Under the pieces are notes generated by a model, which worked only from the letters and a program-made list of their open reading frames with translations, searched no databases and was not told where the DNA came from. From Acidimicrobiales bacterium (GTDB lineage: Bacteria; Actinomycetota; Acidimicrobiia; Acidimicrobiales; RAAP-2), in the NCBI GenBank assembly GCA_050010495.1, contig JBEKKW010000003.1:13051-77050 (forward strand): a DNA stretch of 64,000 bases. The letters run 5' to 3'. Both the position numbers and the translations under genes were made by a program. Positions 19,183 through 28,914 of this stretch are shown in pieces. Positions within the stretch are counted from its first letter, which is position 1; every line of letters begins with the position of its first letter.

Positions 19183-20020
19183 GGGTCTGTGTAAGGACTT
19201 CCGTCTTCGGTCGGGGCTGCTGGGTCGGTCGTCGCGCTTGACCGCGGTCCAGGATGTCTCCTTCACGATTCCCCCATCGGGCTCGCTCGCCATCGTCGGC
19301 GAAACCGGTTCGGGCAAGACGACCGTGGCGCGCATCGTCGTGGGATTGGAATCGGCGACGAAGGGAGTCGTCGAGGTCGACGGGGTGATGTTGAGTTCAA
19401 CTCCTGGCCCCGACGAACGTCGCCGCCGAGCCCGGATGATGCAGATGGTCTTCCAGAACCCGGTCCTTTCGCTCGATCCCCGTCAGGAGATCGGCAGGGC
19501 GATCCGCGAGGTCGTTGCCTTCCATCAACTCCGTCCGTCGTCGCAGTGCGATGAGCGAGTTCGTGAGCTCTTGGCGGCCGTGGGGCTGGACGTAAAATTG
19601 GCGACCAGTCGGCCGCAGAGGCTCTCCGGTGGGCAGTGCCAGCGCGCGGCCATTGCTCGAGCTCTGGCCGCGGAACCTGAACTCCTCGTCCTTGACGAGC
19701 CCGTCTCGGCTCTTGACGTCTCGACGCAGGCGCAAATTCTCAACCTGCTGGCGGACCTCAAGGAGACTCTCGGCATCAGTCTGTTGACGATATCCCACGA
19801 CCTCGCCCTCGTGCGCCAGTTGTCGGATGACGTCGTGGTCATGTGCAAGGGGGAGATGGTGGAGTCCGGCTCCGTCGATGACGTGCTGTCCACGCCACGC
19901 CATGACTACACTCGGCTACTCGTCGAGGCGGTCCCCGAAATCATGAGCCTCTCCCTGCCCGTCACCAACCCCCCGGGTCCTGAAGTTTCTCCGAGTCATG
20001 GTCCCCCCGGTGGATCCTGA
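19166..20020 (+). CDS. ABC ATP-binding protein (DppF/OppF-like)
   Basis: Start moved to ATG 19166 (MLLEVEGLCKDF), overlapping the upstream stop. Motifs GETGSGKTT, LSGGQCQRAAIARAL and LDEPVSALD. Confidence 0.9.
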   Translation: MLLEVEGLCKDFRLRSGLLGRSSRLTAVQDVSFTIPPSGSLAIVGETGSGKTTVARIVVGLESATKGVVEVDGVMLSSTPGPDERRRRARMMQMVFQNPVLSLDPRQEIGRAIREVVAFHQLRPSSQCDERVRELLAAVGLDVKLATSRPQRLSGGQCQRAAIARALAAEPELLVLDEPVSALDVSTQAQILNLLADLKETLGISLLTISHDLALVRQLSDDVVVMCKGEMVESGSVDDVLSTPRHDYTRLLVEAVPEIMSLSLPVTNPPGPEVSPSHGPPGGS

Positions 20021-20126
20021 TGGGAGTGACGTACCTGCTCACCGGGGAGAACCCGCAAGGCGCCCACATGTTCGAGCAGTGCAACGGTGGCGCAGTGCTG
20101 GCCATCACGACGAAAGGATATGGAAG

Positions 20127-21137
20127 ATGCTGAACTTTGACGAGGATCGGTTCCTGTCGAGTCAACGCGGAGCGTTGGCTCACGGGCCGGGACTCCATGA
20201 CGTCGTAGCCGAGCACTTGGCTCGTGGTGGGGACAGCCTCTTCTTCCTAGGCGCCGGAGGCGCCGGGATACTGATGACGCCCGCCGCCGACCTGTTGACC
20301 CGCGATTCCGCACTGTCGACGTACTGCGTGCCGCCCGCCGAGTTGATGGCCCTCGGCTCGACGCACCTGAACGCTCGCTCGCTCGTGGTGATTCCATCGA
20401 GATCGGGTGACACCGTGGAGGCGCTCGACGTTCTTAAGTACAGCCACCGCTTGGGTGCGAAGGTCGTGGCGCTGACTGGGACCGCCGGATCGCCCCTGGG
20501 GGAGCAGGCCGACGTGAACTTCACCAACCTGGTCGCCGACGACAATTCTTCAGAGTCGTTCTACCTGCAATCGCTCCTTATCGCCTTGTCCGCGATGGAC
20601 GTACGCGGTGAACTGAGCGACTACCAGGAGTTGATCACGGAGTTGCAGGGTCTGCCCGAGTTCTTGCTCGAGGCGAAGCGGAATTTCGAGGCGAAGGCGC
20701 CCCACGTCGCATCGGCAATCGCCGACTCCCCGTATCACCTCCTCGTCGGTGCCGGTTCTACTTGGCCCGAGGCGTTCTACTTCGGCATGTGCATCCTCGA
20801 AGAGATGCAGTGGATCCGCACGAGGCCCGTGCACGCCGCGCATTTCTTCCACGGACCACTCGAACTGGTCGAGGAGGGGATCAGCTGCCTGCTCTTCAAG
20901 GGGGAGGACGGTTCGGCGCACCTCGTCGACCGCGTCGCGCAGTTCGTGACCGCGTACGGGGGCCGCCTGACGGTGCTCGACTCGGCGGACATCGTGCTGG
21001 GCGGGTCGCCGCGGATGAGGTCATTGATCTCCCCAATTATTCTGGCCACCGTGTTAGAGCGGGTAAGCACTCACCTCGAGGTGATCAGGGACCATCCCCT
21101 CACCACCCGTCGGTACTACCGACGGGTGAGCTACTGA
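20127..21137 (+). CDS. SIS-domain protein (fructosamine-6-phosphate deglycase FrlB / GlmS-isomerase-like)
   Basis: Two SIS repeats (VVIPSRSGDTVE... and LLVGAGSTW...). Start at ATG 20127 after GAAAGGA. Confidence 0.8.
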   Translation: MLNFDEDRFLSSQRGALAHGPGLHDVVAEHLARGGDSLFFLGAGGAGILMTPAADLLTRDSALSTYCVPPAELMALGSTHLNARSLVVIPSRSGDTVEALDVLKYSHRLGAKVVALTGTAGSPLGEQADVNFTNLVADDNSSESFYLQSLLIALSAMDVRGELSDYQELITELQGLPEFLLEAKRNFEAKAPHVASAIADSPYHLLVGAGSTWPEAFYFGMCILEEMQWIRTRPVHAAHFFHGPLELVEEGISCLLFKGEDGSAHLVDRVAQFVTAYGGRLTVLDSADIVLGGSPRMRSLISPIILATVLERVSTHLEVIRDHPLTTRRYYRRVSY

Positions 21138-21140
21138 AGC

Positions 21141-22142
21141 GTGTCGACGTCCCACTTCCCAGGGAGACCGTCTCCTCGCGGAGACGTCGCGGAGGTATGC
21201 ATCATCGGCAATCTCACCATCGACGTGATCATGCGCGGGATCGAGGAGATGCCGGCCTGGGGCCAAGAGACCTTGTCGAGAACGCGGACCGAGTCCGTGG
21301 CGGGCCAGGCGGGAAACGTGGCCTTTGCGTGTGCCGCCATGGGGGTGCGCGCCGAAGTTGTCGCTGACGTCGGCGACGACGTGTCGGGCGTCCGCATCCG
21401 CAGTGAGCTCGAGGCCGCGGGCGTAGGAGTGCAGGCAGTGAGTGTCGTCCCAGGAGGGTCGTCCCCCCTCAGCGTGGCGGTCGTACGTGATGACGGTGAA
21501 CGAGCGTTCATCTCGGATCTCGGAAGGCTACGGCCGGTTGATATCGCCGCGGTGGTGAAAAAAATTCCCCAGGTCAATCAGGCCTGCGTGGTCGCCCTGG
21601 TTGGCACGGCCAACCTGCCGGACATCGACCTGCGCGCGGCTGCGGGGGTGTTCGCCGAAGCACGACAGGCTGGGGCGTTGACCGTATTTGATCCCGGTTG
21701 GGACCCGCAGGGTTGGACGGAGAAGACGGTCGAAGGGATTCGAGCCGTTCTCGCGCAGACCGATGTCTTCCTGCCCAACTTGGATGAGGCACGGGCCCTA
21801 ACTGGTCGTTCGCTCGCGGGTGAGGTGTTGGAAAGTCTTGCGCCACTCTGTTCGGGTGTGGTCATTGTGAAGGGTGGTGAAATCGGTAGTTACGCCGACG
21901 TCGACGGCGCGGTCGTCTTGGTCGAGGCAATTCCCACGGCGGTGGACAACGCCGTGGGTGCCGGCGACGTCTACGACGCGGCCGTGATTGCCGGATACCT
22001 ACGCGGTTGCGATGTTGTCAAGGGCATGGCTCTGGGGACCGCCGCGGCGTCATTGTACGTGTCGCGTCGGCGCGATCGATTCCCCACCTACGAGGAGGCC
22101 GAAGCGTTGGCCGAACGAGTAACCACCTCAACGCTCGAGTAG
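21141..22142 (+). CDS. PfkB-family carbohydrate kinase (FrlD/ribokinase-like)
   Basis: N-terminal VCIIGNLTIDV and C-terminal motif DNAVGAGDVYDAAVIAGYL (the GAGD anion hole). Confidence 0.85.
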   Translation: MSTSHFPGRPSPRGDVAEVCIIGNLTIDVIMRGIEEMPAWGQETLSRTRTESVAGQAGNVAFACAAMGVRAEVVADVGDDVSGVRIRSELEAAGVGVQAVSVVPGGSSPLSVAVVRDDGERAFISDLGRLRPVDIAAVVKKIPQVNQACVVALVGTANLPDIDLRAAAGVFAEARQAGALTVFDPGWDPQGWTEKTVEGIRAVLAQTDVFLPNLDEARALTGRSLAGEVLESLAPLCSGVVIVKGGEIGSYADVDGAVVLVEAIPTAVDNAVGAGDVYDAAVIAGYLRGCDVVKGMALGTAAASLYVSRRRDRFPTYEEAEALAERVTTSTLE

Positions 22143-22199
22143 CAGTGGTGGGCGTGTATCCCCGAATCTGGGGAAAAGGCCAATTGGTCCTTTTCGACG

Positions 22200-22940
22200 G
22201 TGAAGGCATTGACTTATCGTGTCGACATGACACCGCAATCGGATCGGGCCTCACGGGCTTTCTCCCACCTTTCAACCCCTCTGCTCGCAGACGCGCACCT
22301 TCGCTGCAAGGTCGATCTGCGCCCGGCGCCACCGGGAATCGGGTCGCTCAGCCCCGAGCTTCGCGTCACGGGCCGGGCCTTGCCGGCTCGACACTACGGA
22401 AGTGTCGACATTTTCCTCGAAGCGATCCACGCCAGTGACCCCGGCGACGTCCTCGTCATCGACAACGGCGGTCGTCCCGATGAGGGCTGCATCGGCGACC
22501 TCGTGTGCTTGGAAGCGCAGGCGGCCGGACTGGCGGGCATCGTCGTATGGGGCGTGCACCGCGACACGTCGGAGTTGAAAGAGATCGGTCTGCCGGTGTT
22601 CAGCTACGGCAGATTTGCCCGGGGCCCAGTGAGACTCGGTCCCCGAGAACCTGACGCCCTGTCGTCAGCCCGATTCGGTTCGACATTCGTCACCAACGAT
22701 GACGTCGTGTTCGGCGACGAGGACGGCGTTCTTTTCTTCTCGAGTGGCCACGCCCACGAGATCTTCACCGCTGCCCACCAAATATGGGAGGTGGAACGCG
22801 GTCAAGCCCTGAAGATCCGTTCCGGAGAGTCACTTCGCCAACAGACCGCCTTCGATCGGTATCTGGCGCAGCGCGAAGGGGACCCGACGTACACGTTTCG
22901 CCAGCACCTGCGAACCGTGGGCGGAGCAATCGAAGAGTAA
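22200..22940 (+). CDS. RraA / 4-hydroxy-4-methyl-2-oxoglutarate aldolase-family protein
   Basis: Motifs STPLLADA, GDVLVIDNGGR.DEGCIGDL....A..AGLAGIVVWGVHRD and GLPVFSYG. Confidence 0.8.
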   Translation: MKALTYRVDMTPQSDRASRAFSHLSTPLLADAHLRCKVDLRPAPPGIGSLSPELRVTGRALPARHYGSVDIFLEAIHASDPGDVLVIDNGGRPDEGCIGDLVCLEAQAAGLAGIVVWGVHRDTSELKEIGLPVFSYGRFARGPVRLGPREPDALSSARFGSTFVTNDDVVFGDEDGVLFFSSGHAHEIFTAAHQIWEVERGQALKIRSGESLRQQTAFDRYLAQREGDPTYTFRQHLRTVGGAIEE

Positions 22941-22962
22941 TCGCCACTCGCGGCGACTCTCG

Positions 22963-24282
22963 TCACTGGCTGAGGCTGTCCGACTCCTGCGTTGCCTGGG
23001 GCGGATCACCTGAGGGTTCAGGCACCGATGCGGCCTTCGCCGGTTGGACGGCGCGATCCTGCTCGGTGGTGAGGGTAACGCGCAGCCGCACGGCGATCGC
23101 GACGACTCCGAGGCAGCCGAGGCACAGCAGGGCGATCCATGCTCCTGCGAGGTGCGCCGCGAGCAGGCTGGTGACCAGGGCCGGGCTGACGATCAGCGCG
23201 ATGGACTGGCTGAATCCTGAGATCGAATTTGCGCGTCCGCGAATCCTGTCGTCGGCCAGGATGTTGATGAGCGGGTTCCTCGTAGGAGCCACGAAGGTCT
23301 CGCCCAGGCCGAATAGGCCGACGAAGGCAAACAGGATGACGATCCGCCAGCCCGGTCCGTCGACGACTTCGGCGAATCCGAGAATGGCCCAGGAGACGGC
23401 CCAGATCAGGCCGACGGCGACCAGGGCGGAGCTTCGCCGGTGCCGGCGCACGAGGCGCAGCACGAGCATCTGCATGGCCACGATGACTGCGGTGTTGATG
23501 GTGAAGGACAGCGCGATCGCGTGGTCCGAGACGTGGGCCGCCACTGACGCGAAGGCGGGCAACCCGGCATCGAACGATCCCGTGCCGGCGAAGGCGAGCA
23601 GCAGCGAAGCGAGAATCATCAATCGGAGCCCGCGGTGGCTCAGGACGTCGCGGTATCCGGCACGAGTTTCATTGACGACCCTCGTTCGCCGCAGGTGGGG
23701 CAGCGCGGGCAGCAGGAGCGCGAAAAGAAGACACGAGAGGCCGTTGGCGAGGATGAGGACCTGAAAAGGCCCCGGATGACGGCCTCTGACGACGACCGCG
23801 GCGATCGCGGCGCCGATGCCGAGGGCCATGTTCTGCATCGCGAAGTTCACGGCGAAGGCGCGCTGCTGCAGCGCCCGCTCCTGGGTGAGACCATTGAGCA
23901 TCGTCGAAATCGCGCCGAACATTGGAGTCCACGTCGCGCCGTAGAGGAGCACGGCCGGAAGCGCCGTCAGCGTGTTGTGGGCCCAGGCGAGCGCCGCCGC
24001 GTCGACGACCTGTCCTAGCAGGATCATGCCCAGTACCAGCCGGGCGCCCACTCGGTCCATCAGCGCACCGAACGCCAGCCCGACCACGAGGCCGGTTGCC
24101 GCGGCCGCCGCCAGCAGTACTCCGACCACCGGCAGCGCGATCGCGCGCGCCTCGTGAAGATAGATGATCATCCACGGCAATACCAAGCCGGTGCCGAGCA
24201 TCGATACGGTGTTCCCGGCGAGGAACAGCCGAGTCTGGCCCGAGAGTCGCGGAACCGTTGCGCCGTCGCTCCGCTCGGGCAT
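22963..24282 (-). CDS. MFS transporter
   Basis: About 12 hydrophobic segments. Start set at ATG 24282, 8 nt after the RidA stop. The 608-aa ORF to 24789 would run through the RidA gene. Confidence 0.85.
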   Translation of the reverse strand: MPERSDGATVPRLSGQTRLFLAGNTVSMLGTGLVLPWMIIYLHEARAIALPVVGVLLAAAAATGLVVGLAFGALMDRVGARLVLGMILLGQVVDAAALAWAHNTLTALPAVLLYGATWTPMFGAISTMLNGLTQERALQQRAFAVNFAMQNMALGIGAAIAAVVVRGRHPGPFQVLILANGLSCLLFALLLPALPHLRRTRVVNETRAGYRDVLSHRGLRLMILASLLLAFAGTGSFDAGLPAFASVAAHVSDHAIALSFTINTAVIVAMQMLVLRLVRRHRRSSALVAVGLIWAVSWAILGFAEVVDGPGWRIVILFAFVGLFGLGETFVAPTRNPLINILADDRIRGRANSISGFSQSIALIVSPALVTSLLAAHLAGAWIALLCLGCLGVVAIAVRLRVTLTTEQDRAVQPAKAASVPEPSGDPPQATQESDSLSQ

Positions 24283-24290
24283 GGACCGAC

Positions 24291-24674
24291 TCACTTGGCT
24301 CGACGGGCGATGGCGGTGACTTCGACGCGCATGTTCGCCAACAGGTCCGCACGCACGGTCGTTCGTACCGGCTTGGTCCCGTTCGTAAACTGCGCCGAGT
24401 ACGCCTCGTTGAACGCCCCGTAGTCCGCCAGGTCGGCGAGATGTACGAGGCAGGATACGACGTCGTCCAGACTGGCGTCCGCTGCTCTCAAGAGGGCCTC
24501 TATGTTTCGAAATGCTTGTTCCGTTTGCTCGGCCACGTCGCCGACCAACGTGCCGGATTCCGGAGCGAAACCACCCTGGCCCGCGAGGAAGATCCACTCT
24601 CCAATCACCAGACCTGGCGAATACGGACCAAACCCACTCGGCCCCTGCGGGGCCACGACCAGTTCCTTCACCAC
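24291..24674 (-). CDS. RidA/YjgF-family reactive-intermediate deaminase
   Basis: Motifs GPYSPGLVIGEWIFLAGQ, RTTV.A.LL....VEV.AIA. GTG start after GGGAGGTGGG. Confidence 0.9.
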   Translation of the reverse strand: MVKELVVAPQGPSGFGPYSPGLVIGEWIFLAGQGGFAPESGTLVGDVAEQTEQAFRNIEALLRAADASLDDVVSCLVHLADLADYGAFNEAYSAQFTNGTKPVRTTVRADLLANMRVEVTAIARRAK

Positions 24675-25023
24675 CCACCTCCCACGTATTTAGAGATTTA
24701 GTGATGTGACTATAAGTATCTGAGCGGTCGTGTCTTACAGTCCAATTGGCCTTTTCTGAAAGCGCTGACTGCAGTCTTATCTCGCTCATTGCGTCGACGA
24801 GCTAGGTCGCCAACGCACTTGGGGAGGATGACGTGAGTTTCGGGAATACCTACACGGCGGACTACACCGAAACGAAGGAGCGTCGACCTAAGTGGCTTCG
24901 TCGCTCGATGTCATGTGTAGGAGTCATGGTTCCAGAGAAGATTACGGCTCATCACCAGCGGTTGCGCTCCCGCCGAGTGAGGTGGCGTCGTCATAGCCAC
25001 GACGCCTACACGTCATCGTAACG

Positions 25024-25374
25024 TCAAAGAACGTCGCGAAGCTTCCGCTTGAATTCCCTGATGGCTGCCTCATTTCTCTTGTAGAACGTCCAGGGACCGA
25101 TTCGCTTGGCGGTCACGAGACTGGCCCTTGCGAGTGCCTGCATGTGAGTCGTGGCCGTCGGCTGCGCGACCCCCAGCTTGTCCGCGATGTAGATCACACA
25201 TACCCCGTCACGGACCAGGTCTCCGTCACGCTGTGGCGGAAAGTTCGCCACGGGGTCACGCAACCACCCCAGGACTTGCATTCGCTTGGGACTCGCGAGG
25301 GCCTTCACCACCTCGGCTACATCGACGTCTAACGCCGTCACGCCCGGAGTCTTACTTTTCACAGGTGTGACCAC
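25024..25374 (-). CDS. ArsR/SmtB-like winged-helix regulator
   Basis: VVKALASPKRMQVLGWL...IADKLGVAQPTATTHMQALARASLV. Divergent from the PhzF-like gene. Confidence 0.8.
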   Translation of the reverse strand: MVTPVKSKTPGVTALDVDVAEVVKALASPKRMQVLGWLRDPVANFPPQRDGDLVRDGVCVIYIADKLGVAQPTATTHMQALARASLVTAKRIGPWTFYKRNEAAIREFKRKLRDVL

Positions 25375-25399
25375 ACGTCCTTCCTTTTACGCAACGAAC

Positions 25400-25421
25400 A
25401 TATATAGTCGATTGTCTATAT
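25400..25421. promoter_or_regulatory. AT-rich inverted repeat in the ArsR/PhzF divergent spacer
   Basis: TATATAG-N8-CTATATc, centred between GTG 25374 (minus strand) and ATG 25442 (plus strand). Confidence 0.3.
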
Positions 25422-25441
25422 CCCTCAACAAAGGTTACCCC

Positions 25442-26353
25442 ATGGCACAAACCAACGGAGTGCTTCCCTGGCCGGTGGACTGGCACGGCGGCGCGTCATT
25501 GCATCCGTACGTGGTGTGCGACGTGTTCACGTCGGTACCGCTGGAGGGCAATCAACTCGGCGTGTTCGTCGACGGCAGTCCCTTCACCGACGACGACATG
25601 CAGCGGCTCGCCCGGGAGATGAATTTCTCCGAAACGGTGTTCCTGCGCCCATCGACCGACGGCGGTGATGTTGCGTTGCGCATATTCACGCCCCGTACCG
25701 AGTTGCCATTCGCTGGGCATCCCGTCATGGGAACCGCGTTCGTCGTCGCCACCGCGCTCGGCGCCGACACCGTGACCTTGGAGACGTTGGGCGGACTGGT
25801 GACCATCACATTGGAACGCGACGGATCGCACGTCGTGTTCGGCCGGATGCAACAACCGATTCCATCGCGGCGGCTGTTCGAGCGACCACGTGAGCTCTTG
25901 GAAGCCCTCGGGGTTGGGAGGTCCGATTTGCCGATCGAAGTGTACGATGCCGGCGTACCGCACGTCTTCGTAACGCTCAGCGACGAAGACTCGGTCGCCG
26001 CTCTCACGCCCGACATGGACGCCCTCGCCGCGCTGGGGATCGCCGCGAACTGCTGCGCCGGCCAGGGCCGCTGCTGGCAAACCCGCGTGTTCTATCCCGC
26101 TGCTGGCATATCCGAGGATGCGGCGACCGGTTCGGCGGCGGGTCCCCTCGCAATCCACTTGGCCCGACACGACCGGATTCGTTTCGGTGAGCAGATCGAG
26201 ATCCGCCAGGGCGCCCAGATCGGCCGGCCGTCGCTGCTCTACGCCACCGCGACCGGAGACGGGGACCGTATCGACAGCGTCGAGGTCGGGGGCGCGGCGG
26301 TGATCGTGGCTGAAGGACGGTTCCGCACGGCGCTGGCAAAGACCAATCAATGA
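25442..26353 (+). CDS. PhzF-family isomerase-like protein
   Basis: Motifs VCDVFT..PLEGNQLGVF, MNFSETVFL, FTP..ELPFAGHP.MG and EDAATGSAAGPL. Start at ATG 25442. Confidence 0.85.
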   Translation: MAQTNGVLPWPVDWHGGASLHPYVVCDVFTSVPLEGNQLGVFVDGSPFTDDDMQRLAREMNFSETVFLRPSTDGGDVALRIFTPRTELPFAGHPVMGTAFVVATALGADTVTLETLGGLVTITLERDGSHVVFGRMQQPIPSRRLFERPRELLEALGVGRSDLPIEVYDAGVPHVFVTLSDEDSVAALTPDMDALAALGIAANCCAGQGRCWQTRVFYPAAGISEDAATGSAAGPLAIHLARHDRIRFGEQIEIRQGAQIGRPSLLYATATGDGDRIDSVEVGGAAVIVAEGRFRTALAKTNQ

Positions 26354-26715
26354 CCCTCGAGCGATGTTCGTGCGGTGCCGATAGTCAACCAGAGCCCGTC
26401 ACCTCTGGCCCGCTTCGTGCCTGCGTATCTCCTGGTCGCCCTTGAGGCGCCGAGGTCGGAAATTGGCTCGTTCCGACATGAACCAATAGCAAGGAGATCG
26501 GCACTTTCTCAACTGACGGGAAAGATCGCAGACCGTGTTTGAAGTTTCCGCTGTTCAGTGGAGCGCTCAATTGTTGGCGTGGTATCTGCGTGGAAGCGCC
26601 TCCGCGGTAGCGGCAACCACTATGGCCTCAGCTCGGCGCGCTTTTGCGTCATCACGACGGTGAATAACGACTCGAACTGTACCGCCGCAGTCGCACGTGG
26701 GCCACTGCAATGGGA

Positions 26716-26741
26716 ATTGGTTCTTTCTAATAAGAGCCAAT
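26716..26741. promoter_or_regulatory. Palindromic operator-like site 20 nt upstream of the MocR gene
   Basis: ATTGGTTCTT-N6-AAGAGCCAAT (10-bp arms, one mismatch). The same motif recurs at 28259-28303. Confidence 0.45.
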
Positions 26742-26760
26742 CCTGCTACATTGACGTTTC

Positions 26761-28182
26761 ATGTCGCTTGATTCCGTTCAAATTTCCGACCTTCTCGATT
26801 GGTGGGAGCAGGAAAAGGGGCCGCTCTCGCATCGACTGGTGAACGGACTGCGCCGGCTGGTCGAAGAGGGATTCCTCGTCAACGGCGCGCTGTTGCCACC
26901 CGAGCGGCAGTTGGCCCAGGAGTTGGCCGTGAGTCGCAACACCGTGGCCCTCGCGTACGCCACGTTGCGCGACGAGGGTTGGATCGAGTCGAGGCAAGGC
27001 TCGGGTACCAGAGTAACGACGTCGCGGACGTCGGAGGCGGCAGTCCACCGGGCCGACGGGGTGATGGCCACTCTGTTGCGTGAACTGGGGAACTCGACAA
27101 TCGACCTGACCGTCGCCGCGCCCGCGGCCGCGCCGGTTGTGGCGCGGGCCTTCGCCGATCCCAGTTCATTGTCGATCCCGCCCGGTGCCCTGACGCAAGG
27201 TCACGGCTACTATGCCGCGGGCCATCCGAACCTACGCACGGCGGTCGCCGATCGCCTCAGCGCTCAAGGTCTCGCGACGGACGCCAGTCAGGTCATGATC
27301 ACCAACGGCGCCCAGCAGGCACTCGCTCTGCTCGTAAACGAATTGGTTCGACCGGGAATGGAGATAGCGATCGAAGAGGTGAGCTACCCCGGATTGATCG
27401 ACCTGGCGCTGCGCTCTGGTGCTCGCACGCACTACCTACCCGTGGGCGACGACGGCGCTCAACTGGCGGCGTTGCAAGCGGCGTGCCGCGCCGGCCGGAT
27501 CGGGGCGGCGTTCCTGGTGACGAACTTTCAGAACCCGACCGGCACGGTGATGCCGGTCGCGTCGCGGCGATTGCTCGTGGAGATGGCCGGCGAGGAAGAC
27601 TTTGTGATCGTCGATGACCGCACGCAGGCCGATCTCGATCACGGGACGGCCCCGCCGCCGCCGGTCGGTTCGTTCGACCAACATTCGAGAGTGGTCACTG
27701 TCGGAGCCATGTCGAAGATGTACTGGGGCGGTCTGCGAATTGGATGGATCCGGGCTCGTTCGTCATTGATAGACCGCCTACTCGAGCAGAAGTCGTGCAG
27801 CGATCTCGGCACGTCCATGCCGGTGCAGGTGATTGCCGCTGAACTTCTGAACAAACACTACGAGGCGACGCACCAGTGGCGGAACCGTCAGTTGCGTCGC
27901 TCGCTGGACGCTCTCGAATCGGCGCTGGCGACTTTGATGCCGATGGCGGAGTGGGTCAGACCCACTGGCGGTCCTAATCTGTGGATTCGTCTTCCCGGCA
28001 CGGACGCCCTCGAGTTCAGCCGCCGAGCGCTGCGAAAGGGCGTGGCGGTAATTCCCGGACCACTCCTGAGCGCCCGTCCTGGTAGGGCCACTGATCATAT
28101 TCGCGTTCCGTTCTTCGCCGACCCGAAAGTCCTCGCCGAAGCCGTGACCCGTCTGGCTGAATGTTGGGCCAATCCGAACTGA
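26761..28182 (+). CDS. MocR/GabR/PdxR-type regulator (GntR HTH fused to a PLP aminotransferase-fold domain)
   Basis: HTH LPPERQLAQELAVSRNTVALAYATLRDEGWIESRQGSGTRV, then a ~350-aa type-I aminotransferase-like domain with SKMYWGGLRIGW, the usual PLP-lysine context. Confidence 0.9.
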   Translation: MSLDSVQISDLLDWWEQEKGPLSHRLVNGLRRLVEEGFLVNGALLPPERQLAQELAVSRNTVALAYATLRDEGWIESRQGSGTRVTTSRTSEAAVHRADGVMATLLRELGNSTIDLTVAAPAAAPVVARAFADPSSLSIPPGALTQGHGYYAAGHPNLRTAVADRLSAQGLATDASQVMITNGAQQALALLVNELVRPGMEIAIEEVSYPGLIDLALRSGARTHYLPVGDDGAQLAALQAACRAGRIGAAFLVTNFQNPTGTVMPVASRRLLVEMAGEEDFVIVDDRTQADLDHGTAPPPPVGSFDQHSRVVTVGAMSKMYWGGLRIGWIRARSSLIDRLLEQKSCSDLGTSMPVQVIAAELLNKHYEATHQWRNRQLRRSLDALESALATLMPMAEWVRPTGGPNLWIRLPGTDALEFSRRALRKGVAVIPGPLLSARPGRATDHIRVPFFADPKVLAEAVTRLAECWANPN

Positions 28183-28258
28183 TCTCGATTGACCGCCAAA
28201 GAGTCATCGAGGTTGTGCGGCGTCACCACTTTGTCAAAGCTTCAGTTCTAGCGCAGAG

Positions 28259-28303
28259 AAGAGCCACTTTTCCGCGAATTGGCTCTTGTAAAGGAAAGCC
28301 AAT
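28259..28303. promoter_or_regulatory. Three half-sites of the same MocR-associated motif, 77 nt downstream of the MocR stop
   Basis: AAGAGCCAcT-N9-ATTGGCTCTT-N6-gAaAGCCAAT. The last two arms reproduce the spacing of the 26716-26741 palindrome. Confidence 0.45.
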
Positions 28304-28858
28304 TTTGCCTACGGTGGCCTAATCCCGTCAGGTGGGACAAAACGAGAAGGGGCACCGGAGTGAGGTTTATGAGGGGCTCGCAAGCCCAAAGAGTCTTCGA
28401 TCGGTGTCGGCCCGCCAAGAGGGCCTGGGCCGTACGGGACAAGCCAGTCGGTTCCTGTGAGGGGAACGGGAGCCTCGATTGCATGAAACAACCCCGAGTG
28501 CGAGGGATGTTATGAGCGACGAGTGCCGGTGTCCCAGCACCGTGTGCTGTCGACCAGTGCGTGCCGCGAGGTTCCCGCGGCGCTATTGGATCCACCGTGA
28601 AACGTGGGGAGTTGTCACTCTGTTTCGAGCGGCGGGCCCCGAACTCAACCGATGCCACACGCTGGCGCCGCGCACCACACTTTGCACGAATTCGCGTCCG
28701 CGTCGATTCGGCCAATGCCGCGAACCGGACGGGTCCGAACCGGTTGCCGCGAGTAGCCATGCCCCAGTGGTCGGAGCGTCCCCGGAGGCCACGCCACGAC
28801 CTTTTACCCAGCGACCCGGGGACGTCGTGTTGGTTCGATTGATGTCCATCCCCTGGAG

Positions 28859-28875
28859 GATTCGATGATCGAATC
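28859..28875. promoter_or_regulatory. Perfect palindrome upstream of the LysE-family gene
   Basis: GATTCGAT-G-ATCGAATC. With only a one-base spacer, a protein-binding site is more likely than an RNA hairpin. Confidence 0.35.
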
Positions 28876-28887
28876 ATTGGTCCATGC

Positions 28888-28914
28888 GTCATGTGGGTCA
28901 CGTGCGTCACGTTG
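28888..28914. repeat. Three tandem 9-mers directly upstream of the LysE-family gene
   Basis: GTCATGTGG GTCACGTGC GTCACGTTG, ending 49 nt before TTG 28964. Confidence 0.5.

Noticed and set aside
22963-24789. The full 608-aa ORF for the MFS transporter.
   Set aside because: The first 169 codons overlap the RidA gene in another frame and are arginine-rich. ATG 24282, just after the RidA stop, gives a normal MFS N-terminus.
28248-28910. A 220-aa minus-strand ORF and the 78-129-aa plus-strand ORFs in the MocR-LysE spacer.
   Set aside because: They have low-complexity, arginine-rich translations, no RBS and no family resemblance. The MTHVTHMTH start merely reflects the tandem 9-mer repeat.
28888-28914. 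A CRISPR array or other long tandem-repeat locus anywhere in the window.
   Set aside because: The only tandem repeats seen are three 9-mers. There are no 25-40-nt repeats with spacers and no cas genes.
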